In this document: positions 11,685 through 23,900 of the stretch, in pieces | How the letters are laid out: each line of letters opens with the position of its first letter | Numbering within the stretch: the stretch's first letter is position 1 | From: Octopus bimaculoides | Lineage: Eukaryota | NCBI RefSeq assembly: GCF_001194135.2 | Contig: NC_068995.1 | Coordinates: forward strand, 32,646,085-32,710,084 | Direction: 5' to 3' | Length of the DNA stretch: 64,000 nucleotides | Translations under genes and position numbers: made by a program | Notes under the pieces: model-generated | Told to the model about the DNA's origin: nothing | What the model saw: only the letters and a program-made list of their open reading frames with translations | Databases searched by the model: none

Positions 11685-14600
11685 AATAAGAGGAATGACC
11701 AGCAAAAGTGGACTCCTATATGCTAGAAATAGATGCCGAATCATCTAACCACGAAGGATATGTTCTCAGTAAAATTTCAGCGAGACGACAGACCGTAAAA
11801 GGGCAAGACAAATGAAAAAATACTAAATAAAAAACGATTAACCTACGTACCAATGGTTCAGCATCTATTTCTAGCATATAGGAGTCCACTTTTGCTGGTC
11901 ATTCCTCTTATTTGTGTATGTAATATAATTTTAATCTTCGGATTTTTTTAATATGCTGGACCACTGGTTTTAATTGATTAATATCAATTTCTACTCTTAT
12001 TATTAAATATATATATATGGTTACAGCAAGTTAGTGTAGTTAAAATATATTTAGTCTTACTATAAAACAATAATATCTTGTTGCAATTCAATCTAAAGCT
12101 GTGATTGCACACAAAAAAATTATGTTTATTCATAGTTTCTCCTAATGAAGAGTACTGGCTTGTGAGAGCCCTGTGCTGGTGCCATGTAAAAAACACTCAT
12201 GCCAGAACCATGTGAACACACTTGTGTCAGTGCTATGTTAAAAGCACTCAGCACACACTGTAAAGTGGTTGGCATTAGGAAGGGCATCCAGCGACAGAAA
12301 CTTAGCTAAATCAGACTGGAGCTCTTCTGCTTGCCAGCTCTGGTCAAGCCATCCAACGCATGCCAGCATAGAAAACGAATGTTAAAGGATGATGATGATG
12401 ATAGCTCTACACTACATTCAATAAATTACATGATGGCTATATTTCTGCTTGATGAAGGAGACAAGAAACTCTTGGAACACATCATGGACTGCCATGATTT
12501 GCAGCAAAACAATAATAGTTTCAAATTTTGACACAATGCTAGCAATTTTAGAGGAGGGGGTAAGTCAGTAACAGCAACCCCATTGCTCTATTGGTACTTA
12601 TTTTATCAACCTCAAAAAGATGAAAGGCAAAGTCAACCTCAGTGGAATTTGAAAGCAGAACATAAAGACAGATGAAATGCCACTAAGCATTTTGCCCAGC
12701 AAGCTAACCAGTCTGCCAGCTCACTGTCTTAAGCAGCAAAATTAAATATTGGTTTTAAATTTTGGCACAAAGCAAGCAATTTCAGGGGTGGGTAAGTTGA
12801 TTACATCGACCCCAGTGTTCAACTGGTACTTACTTTGTTGACCCTGAAAGGATGAAAGACAAAGTCCACCTTGGCAGAATTTAAACTTGGAATGTAAAGA
12901 CAGACAAAATGCTGCAATGCATTTTGCCCTGTATGCTGTCAATTCTGCCAGCTCGCTGCCTTAAGCAGCCAAGCACAATATTAGTATATTGATGTGTTTA
13001 TCAGTGTTGTAGTCACAATGTTTCTATCAGTATTCTCTCTTTGAGTGACATTCCAGAGTTAGACAAATGATTCATCATTGTTTTAACAACCATTTTTCCA
13101 TGCTTACACAGGTCAGGCAAAATACAATGTAGCAAATTTTCTACAGTTGGATGCTCTTCCTGTCACCAACCTTCAACTGTTTCCAAGCAAGGTAACATTT
13201 CCCCATGGCCTGACTTTTTTCCATAGAAGACTGGAAACAAAGAACCCACTTGTATAATGGTGATACTTATTTACAATTATCATGATGTCAAGACAAATAC
13301 ACACAAACATTCACACACATACATGCATGCATTTGAACATACACACACATAGATATGCAATAGGTTTCTTTTTGGTTTCCATCTACCAAATCCACTCACA
13401 AGGCTGTGGTCGACCCAGAACTATAGTAGAAAACACTTGCCAAGATGTGACACAATAGGACTGAACGAAAAACAACATGGTCGGGAGGCAAACTTCTTAA
13501 CCACACAGTCTCTAAAACAAGAACATTATTGTCCCTTAAGACAACAGGCCAGTAATTGGCCAGAACCATGGGGACTCAACCATGATACCTCTTATCAAAA
13601 CTCAACAAACTATAAAATTCATATCTTTAAATACCAAATGTTATTAATGGAAGACAAATTATGGAATAAAATATCAAAATTGATGAAAGGGGAATTAAAT
13701 TAGTGAAATGTTAGAGTGATTGTAGCATTTCCTTCTTTGCTAATAAGTTATAAGTTTATATTACCTTCTAAGTGTTCAGAACTGTCTTTTAGACAGGCAT
13801 TAAAGAAGAAAATAGATTCCATGGAAACTAGTGGATTGTAGTAACAAAAAACATAGTTAATAAAAGGTATTAACTTTAGATATGCCTAGTCAGTAGTACT
13901 CCATTAATTTTAAATGGTTAAGGAATAAAAATAGACAAAGGAAGAGAGACACAGAGCAAAAAATTAAGATGTGTTAAAAAAAGGGAACAAACAAAAGGAG
14001 ATAGGAAGATTTATATCTTTGCATCATACTTGCCTTTCAAAAATTTCTTTTTGTAAGGATTCTCCAAAAATTCCTGACTGATATCATCATAACCGGGCTG
14101 TGAAAGAAATAAGATATTTACAAAAACATAATATGGAATGGCAGAGTTCATTAAAATAATGTTACATGGCTTGTAACATTCAAAAACAAGCATGTCTTGT
14201 CATTCAGTTATTATAAAATGTAGTAGTTGTAGTTTATTCAGAGTATCTAACAAGATACTTAAAGGCTACACACTTAGCATCTGATCGACAGTGATTGAGT
14301 AAACATTGATGAGAGGCATTCCAACCATGACCAGCCCATCTTTTTGTATATCAGGGGTAGTGGCGACTCGTAGATAAAATTAGTGGAGTTGCTGCTTCAG
14401 AAAATTTTTAGCCATTGTTTTGATATTGAGTAAAAGGAAACAAACATAAAAAGAAAAATTTATACAAAAACTTGATCGATTCTCGTTTTAGCCACTGCCG
14501 AGTAGTGTGTTTAATTTGTTCACTGAACACTGCCACAAATTCCCCCTTGTTTTTCAAAAATCACCCCTAAAATCACAAAATAAGGGGGGGGGGGGGATCT

Positions 14601-17305
14601 GCCCTATTTTTCAAATCCTGGCAGCAACACTGTAGCTGGAAGTAGGATAATAATCTAATTCTACACTTTACCACATTCAAGAATATAAATACGTTTTTAA
14701 ATACAACACACATGGAGTCAAAAAGAAACATTACCTTTGACCAGCACACCAAGGTCGGCACTGCGTGAAGCACAGTGCTCTCTCTCCCTAGCATGCAGCT
14801 TCCTATCTCAGACATGTGAGTATGTGCACAACAGCCAAACACCACTTCGCTGGAACTGTAAAGTGCACAGTCCTATACAAGGATATTTGCATATTTTTCA
14901 TAAACTAGGGAATGGCTACTGACATTAAGCTTAAGAATTATATAATGTACAAGTATAAAGAAAGAATTAAGGAAAAACAGACTCATTATATTGAATGCTA
15001 TCAATAATATCGAGTAGAAATAGGGGGTGCTGCAGTTGTGCAGTGTCTATACACAAGCCACTACTGATCAGGGGTTATATGGCCCAATGTATCCTTGTTA
15101 CTTAAGAGGGAAGGATATGAAACAAGGAAGAGTATTTTGCTATTTTCAGCAGACCAAGCAACTGCTTAGAGGCTCTTTTTATTAGCTCACACTCATAGTA
15201 TTGTTGCTTATATTTCTCATATATTCATTTAAGAAGTGATTAATTTCTCCCAACCTGAAGATGAAGAAAATCTGGAATGCCTGTAGTTGCTATTTTCCTC
15301 ACTCTTTAAACCTGTAATACCCAACTATAGTCATTAGGTTACAGAGAGACAAGTTTGGTCTTCAGTGATAATTCAACAACTCATTAACAGTTTCACCAGT
15401 AATTGTCAATGACANNNNNNNNNNNNNNNNNNNNNNNNNNNNNNNNNNNNNNNNNNNNNNNNNNNNNNNNNNNNNNNNNNNNNNNNNNNNNNNNNNNNNN
15501 NNNNNNNNNNNNNNNNNNNNNNTATATATAATTAAAATCTATTCACAGAGATATTTTCAGATGAAACGGAATGCTAACATAATTACCTGATCTTCATGTA
15601 ACCAAGATTTTCTTTTGCGCAAGGATGGAACATCCCAAAGAACGAGTTCTCCAGAATAATGTAAAGTCACCAGTTGTTTGGTATCAGGAGACAGGCACAT
15701 CTTGAAAATACTATCCTAGATTCAAAGAATAAAAAAATAATCTAAATCTAAATTTCCAGCTCATCAACAACAAATTGAAATGAACATAAAAAACACTGTA
15801 TTGCTCTGAAGAGATACCATCAAGTAAACATTCCAACCATATTAAGTATTGTGTATAACCCTTTAGCATTCAAATTACTTTGCCAAATGTAATGCTTACT
15901 TATTCACCTTGTTTTAAATCTATCATTGTGGAGGCGCAATGGCCCAGTGGTTAGGGCAGCGGACTCTTGGTCATAGGATCGTGGTTTCGATTCCCAGACC
16001 GGGCGTTGTGAGAGTTTATTGAGCGAAAACACCTAAAGCTCCACGAGGCTCCAGCAGGGGATGGTGGCGAACCCTGCTGTACTCATTCACCACAACTTTC
16101 TCTCACTCTTTCTTCCGGTTTCTGTTGTACCTGTAATTCAAAGGGTCAGCCTTGTCACACTGTGTCACACTGAATATCCCTGAGAATTACGTTAAGGGTA
16201 CACGTGTCTGTGGAGTGCTCAGCCACTTTGCACGTTAATTTCACGAGCAGGCTGTTCTGTTGATCGGATCAACTGGAATCCTCGACGTCGTAAGCGACGG
16301 AGTGCCAACAAGACAAATCTATCATTCATTATCTTGTAGCTTCAAGATATTAATGATGTGATTGTTTGTTTTTAAAATGTCATTGTAAGGTAAATGTGAG
16401 AATCTAAATCTGTCTGGTCTGAACATGAAACAGGTAGAATATTCAGGCTGGATATGGCTGGTTTAAATGCTATAGGGTTAACACACACATACTCACATAC
16501 ACAAAAGTTACCTTTGCAAAGGATACATTTTAACAATGACAATTTTTTTTTGTAATCAGAGATATAAAATTATGAGTGATCAGCACCATTGATTTCTTCC
16601 CAGAAACTCTAACACCCAATTCTAACGAATGATTTGAACAATGCAGAATAAGTGTTCTACCCATCAATGAGATAAAATGTGTACAAAAAACTTGAATCCC
16701 TAAGCCATAGGTAATTCAATACTTTATCCACTCAGCTGTTTTGTTTCTATAATAAACACAAGTAAATAAAAACAAACTATACCTTGCTATTTTTCCATGA
16801 TAATTTTGGTAACAGAAATAATTTCTTGAGGAAACTTTTTGGTTTACTCTGCAACAAAAATTATAAAAACTAATAACCACATAGTTAGGAACTTTTAATT
16901 ATCAGAAATTAGATCCTGTAATTTCTAAATATATTGTAAATTTCTAACATAAATGTTGTTATTGTTTTTTGTTGTTTTCAATCACTTAATTCCTGGATGT
17001 CTTGCCAGTTTCATTATCTCTCACTAAAGGCAACTAGTGTTTCTGTCAATTGCAGTAGTGAGTTGTACCTTTTTTTTTTTTTAACTTGCTGAGTCTGAAA
17101 GAAAGGGCGGTGTCCATGTTTTCTGAGACTATTGAGACTGATGTCATTGATGTTCCACTTTATATTTTGCAACTCAATACTTGTAGGAAAGACATGACCA
17201 GGGAAAGAGTTCCAGAGGGCTAGTCAACTAGAAAAGAAGGACTAGGTGCAGTTGTTAACATAGGATCTAGATTGGATATAACATGTAGAGGCCAAGCAGT
17301 AGGAA

Positions 17306-17341
<36 letters not shown>

Positions 17342-17893
17342 AGACATCACATCTATGGGTCAAGCTGAAGTGACTTTATACAAAAAAAGTCATGTGGCTT
17401 TTGATGTCTATACGTGCAGCTGCTGCACCATCCTAGATGCAGGTTTCTCCTGAGCTTTTTTTGAGATTCAGTCATAACTATGTTAAAGAATGCTTTCTCA
17501 GGTAAGATCCTCAGTAACAGCGACAACCAACATTTAGAGCAACCATGAAGGCTTTAGCTACATGCTACTAGATAATATATACTAGGTTGTAATCTGTCAC
17601 TATGCTGCTGGTAAAAATATTGGTTAATCATGCATGTACCTTCTTAAATTGTTCAAGGTGAAAATTTGTTTTTCAAGACTGTGTTGCATTATCAATATAT
17701 TGAAAGACACAGACAACCCCCCAAAAATGACTATATACATATATTTTATATATATATATATATATATAGCCTTGTTTTGAAGTCTGTGTTGTGATGTGCT
17801 GACAGACTTGCACTCAAAATTCTCATGTTTTAAATCAGAAATTGTTAGTTACTATAGTGACAACACTAACTATCTATCTATCACACACACACA

Positions 17894-17950
<57 letters not shown>

Positions 17951-20900
17951 ACTGTATTTCAATCTCAACAACCACCTTTTCTTTTCCTCTTCTAAAAATA
18001 TGTATATTTTGATTCCGCCCTTTCTCTCCTTCCCTCTCATAGATGTTGCAAACAGATGGTGATCCACTTCCCTTTTATAATATAAGATCAACAGCATAAT
18101 CAACTGGGCTCTGTAAAGTTAAGTATATCAGCTTTGGACACAGCATAAGGTCGGCAGCTACTGAGGGATGATATTATCAGTCAATTCTTCAGACTGAAAT
18201 CCCAAACTATCAATTCAGTCAACTAACTACACCACAACTGAAGCCTAAATTACAGCATAAAACAAAATGAGGTAAGTGTATTACAAATACAGGTTGTCAA
18301 ATGAAAGTGTGTCCATCATAAAGTTTAATGAAATTTATGGAATCTAAAATTATTCAAATGAAGAAGAAAAATATTTTTGTTATATTCTTTGATAAATATA
18401 TTTTAATTTCAAAGAAAATTTCTATAACGTTAGTTCTTGAAATTTCAAGGCAAACTAAATAACTGAAATAAAGGAGAAAGAGAGAAAAAGAACTTACCTT
18501 ATGTAAGTCTTGCTCATAGTCAGTGACTAGTTTGTAATGTGGAGAATCTGAGAGAATACGCCATAAACTAAGACCATATTGTTCTGCTTGAGACATGCTG
18601 TCATCTAAGCCAGCAGCCACAGGAGCATGACTGCCAACAATAAGTGCACTGTGTTGTGGAAGATAAACCAACCCTGTAACACCCTGAGGATGTTCACTGG
18701 TCAGCATAAAAGTGTGTAGTAATCGGTAAGTGCTGTTACGGTCAACAAGATATTTACTTAACTTTCCCAAGTAGTTTACAACTAGTAGATGTGCAGATCT
18801 GAGAAGAAAAGAAACAAGAAGAAATAATGCAATATCAATAATTATTCATTCTCATTAACTATTCCATAAAAAAAAACTAAGTTTCATTTCTTGGTACTAA
18901 GGGGGAAATTCACATAACAAGTAATTATTTACAGTAATTAGCTATCTTCGAGGGCAATCAAAGAATTATCCACACTTTTGTGAACATTTTTTTTAGATTG
19001 CCCCACTGTCTTCAGCACTCACATGCTAAAAGGTGATACTCTTGTGGTTGTGTAACCAAAGTTTGACCTTGATCTCCCCAGTTTCTTTCTTGCATTACAA
19101 AGTAAACATGGCCACTCCACTAGCAGTGTGCACCAAGGAAGAACAGAGATCAGTGATCCAATCTCTCTGGTCTAAAGATGTGTCAGAGGCTAAAATTCAT
19201 TGACTTTCAATACAATACGGGACAGCATTCTGCCACATAAAAGTGTGTATGAGAGGACTGAAAAGTTTAAAAACGAGTGGACAAGAGTGAAGCACAAAGA
19301 GGAAGAACGACGCTCATCAACCTCTACCACTGACAGGAAGATTCAACAAGTTCAAGAGATGGCTTTGGTGAACTGATTAGCCATTGATGAGGTGGCATGT
19401 TCTCTGTAAATTAGTTGTGGTCTTGCAAATAAAATCATCCACAACAGACTTCACTTCCATAAAGTCTGTGTGAGATAGCTACCAAGACATTTTACTGAAG
19501 CACATAAGAGCAATCATGCAGGAATCTGTCGACACTGATGCAACCGCTTCAGTGATGAAGGCAAAGCTTTTTGGGGGAGAACAGTCACAGGAGATGATAC
19601 TTTTGAGCTAGGATCCAACAGGCAGAGTACTGAGTGGAAACACCTGGAATTGCCAGCAAAAAAGATGATCAAGACTCAACATTTCACAAAAAAATATGAT
19701 GCTGTTTTTTTTTGAGATGCAAAAAGCCTATACTGGAAAAGGGGCCTACAGTCACCAGTGTAGGTTACAGTGAAATACTGGCCAACAAAATGAAACCAGC
19801 AATTTGCATCAAATGCTAAGGTCTATTGTCAAATCAAGTGTTACTGCTGTACAACAATACATGCCCACACTGTGGAAAACATTGAAAAACTGGGTTTTGA
19901 GTTGCTGAAACATACTGCATACAGTCCAGATCTTACCCCTTCTGACTATCACTTCTTGGTATTGCTTAAACATCTTTTACAAGGCTGTTGATTTACTATG
20001 AAGAAGCGCAGGATGTGGTGTATAAATGGCCGTGTGACCAGTTGAAAACCTTCTTCTCCAATGGAATAAGCAAACTTGTAGACCACTGGAAGAAGTGCAT
20101 CAAAATGTAAGGAGACTATGTTGAAAACTGATGTAACGGTTCAATGCCCGCTTTTGTTTTAGTAAATTACAGAAACAAGAGTGCCTGTAATTTTTGACTT
20201 ACCCTCATAAAGTGAGCACTAGCATACTTGATATTGTGTGTGGTTAAGAACTGGTTTGCAATGACATAGTTTTGGGTTCAGTCCTGTTGCATGGCACTTT
20301 GTATGCTGCACAATGGAAGCAAATAATGCCTTATGAGGGAATTTGGCAGATGGAAACAGCAGGAAACTCATTGTATGTATGTGCGTGTTTGTGTGGGTGC
20401 ATGACTGTTCATTTCCATGTTTCACCATTTAACTCAGGGGTCTCAACCAATTTTTTTACCTATGGACCCCTTTGATCCCTATTTTACTCTGGTGGAACCC
20501 CATAGCCACTCAATGCTAAAAAAATCTTATTGTATTTTTATGATTAAATATTATTAGGACTTGTATAAAAATTGTTAAAATATTTTGTGTATTGTAGAAG
20601 TATAACCAATTTATTGCACATAAACTTTACTGTTCTGAAGCACAATTTTTTTGATGGCCCTTGAAAAATTACCATGGACCTCCAATTCACTATATTGCAT
20701 CTGTGGACCCAAAAATATCTTATATGAATCTTGGGGTCAATATGGACCCCAGTTGAGAACCCTTGAACTGAAGTGTTGGTGATGTTGACATTACAACCAG
20801 TTGCACTACCCTTTCAAAGACCTGTAGGACTAAGACATCTCTCGCTTGGGAAAAACAGGCAAGAGTAGACAACAAGATAAGCATCTGACTCATTCTGTTG

Positions 20901-23900
20901 CCAAATCCTGCCTCAAATAACTTCCCAGCCAACCCCATGCTACCATGATATTATATGAAACAAATGATATTATATGAAACATTCTTTTGAGATAGTTTCT
21001 CTAACGAAATTTAAAATCTGACTCAACATACCCATCTTTCACTTTGGTGTTCTCTAAAAACACAAGTCCTGCAATACTATGTGTCAAATCTGTAGGAACT
21101 CCAACATTACTGGAAGATGTTTCAGTAGCCTGTGTGAAATCAGAGGTCAATGCATTGAATATATATTAAACAGATATGCATGTGTTTTGTTTTGATTTAC
21201 TGAAAAAAGTTGAGAGCATAACCAACTAAAAGTATGAAAATTTTAACTAGGAGGTTGAAAATTATATAATAAACTCTACTGTGCATGTGTGTGTTTGTGC
21301 ATGCGCGCACGCGCACACACACACAGAAGTGGAGGTGATGACAGAGAGAAAACTAAGGTGAGAGGATGAAATGAAACCAAGTACAAGTATGATTGGAGAA
21401 ACAGAGTATTAGGAGTGGGTGGGTAGGTGGTAGAGATGGGAGTCATGGAAGTGAGACAATGAAAGGCAGCTACATCTAGGTTGTTAAATAAATTAAATAG
21501 AAAAAAAGGAATGAGCTGTGTGGTGGGGGAAGATGCAGTTTAAGAAGGATATGGAATGATGAAAGAGATGTTAATGGAATTGAGAAATAAATGTATAATA
21601 ATTTTCAGAAAAAAACTAAACAAAAATAGCCTAGCTAATGTTTCCTTAATGAAAACATTCAAATTATTTTACAAAAATGGTATTAACTGCTGAAAATGGA
21701 ACAGTCACATGTAAAAATTGAAACAGGTGTTAGCATTTAGTAAAGAATTATAAAACTGGTAAGATCAAATTATAAGGAAAATATTTCACAGATACACAAA
21801 AGAAATAGAAAATAAATAATATGAAATCAGTAAAACTTACAGACGGGATACTAAACAAAGGATTTCCACACATATCGAATATTTCAATAATGCCTTTACT
21901 GTGAGAAATGGCAAGCAATGCACCATCACTACTCCAAGCAATCTGGCGCCACTGAGGACAAGTGTCAGGCATGACACAAGATCTTCCAATTATATTGTTG
22001 TAATCATCATGAGAAGATCTACAAATAATTTTTCAGAACAGACTCATTAGTGAAATACATAAACCTATATTTATTTTACATTTTAAGTTTGGCATTATGA
22101 AGGCCATTGGATTTTCATTGTTATTTTACCCACTATTATTCAAAATATTACTATACTATGCTTATACAGAATCTATTTTCTTCTCACTCTCTTCCCAAAT
22201 TTTAAATGTTAGAAACAAAGACCTCTAGCTGGTCCAGCAAACAATCTCACTTATTAACAGCTTTATTATCATCTGTTGTTTATTGTAGTCTAAATTACCC
22301 ACTCATTGCCTGTTGTTTGACCGCATCTCATGTTACATGCAAACTTCATCTTCAACTCTCCTCCTCCTCTCAGAAAATTTCACCACCCACGACTTGTTTG
22401 CTTTTCCCAATCAACCTATACATCTCAGTCAACAGTTATTAGTATATTAACCAATCTCAACATCTTACATTGACAAATCACCTCTCTGACTTTATACCCC
22501 AGCCTAATCCAACAACACTCCAAACATTATATTTGTTAAACCAATGAAGGAGTTTCTATGTAGTCACTTGACTTGCAATAAACAGCAGCAAAATCTCGCT
22601 CAAATCGTGCCCTACTGTGAAACAGATCAGCCAATATAGACCAATACACACTTGTGTCCGATATAAAAGAAGGAACATCATTTATGGGACCAGAAGACAG
22701 AATGGTCATATGTGGAATGCCTTTGATGATAGGTCTCTTTGATCAGAGCTGGCTAAACAACAACAAAAACATTATATTCTTCTCATCTAAATTCAACCTG
22801 CTCTCATAAAATCAATTCAACACTGCCTCATCACTACATATCAGATGCCAGAAGACAGAGGCATGTGGCACATTGCTGGGCTTGAGAAGACCCACCCACC
22901 ACAACAGAATTCAGATCCTAAAACAAAGGTGCCATGTAAAATGTACTGGTGTGGGTGCTAGTTCCACATAAAAAGCACTGATGCTGGCACAACTTAAAAA
23001 GTACCTGTGATGGTGCCATATAAAAAGCACCCAGTACACTCTGTGGAGTGGTTAGAGTTAAGAAGGACAGCAAGCCATAGAAATCAAGCCAAAACAAACT
23101 ATGGAACCTGGTGGGTGCAGCCCCTGGCTTCACGAGTTCCTGTCAAGCCATCCAACCCACTAACATGAAAAACAGACGTTAAATGATGATGATGACGATA
23201 CAAAAATGTATTTTTTCCAAACAAAACTGCTCATTCCCTAAGCACTTTGCTTCCCATTCCACACTGCACCCAAATACGAAATCTCAACATCACCATCCCT
23301 CTTTCCACTCTCCTTTTCAGCATGTATCAGAAAGTACTCATCCCAACTGATTGATATACATTCATCCCTGCCATATAAAGCTATAAAGAAAAAGCTCCAG
23401 GTTTTAAATTGAACTTTCAATCATCAAAAGATAAAATATGCACTATATATCAAACAATTAGCTTGATTTCCTACAGAAGTCAGAATGCAAACTCACCTTA
23501 TTTCTACAAACTGGTCTTGTAATATGGCAACTAACTGACCAAATCTGCAAAAAGAAATAAGCAAAATTTCACGTTATGTACACAATACGTTACAGACCCA
23601 CAAGGGGAAATAACTCCTAATGCAGTCAATTAGAATGTTGTCAATATTGTTAAAGAGCAAAATTGGTTAATCTTTAGATTTAAACAAGATATTTAATACC
23701 TCAAAAAATTATAATATAAAAAAAGTTGTAACTATAACGGAAACAGTTCAGGTGTAGAAAAACAAAAAAAAAAAGACATACATACATATACCATAAAAAT
23801 CCATGTAATTTGCGCACCTGTGTAATTTATGCAGGTGATTTTCAGGATAAAAATTGTTAAAAAAGCTTCTACTCATGTAAAATTCACACCCAAAAGTTTT

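Noticed and set aside
14028-14030. Canonical GT donor for NBAS exon 11
   Set aside because: It gives a 68-nt exon that puts exon 12 out of frame; the GC donor fits.
15930-16005. tRNA gene
   Set aside because: A and B boxes are present but I see no proper acceptor stem. It continues into a 300-bp repeat body with a tail and TSD, so it is a SINE head.
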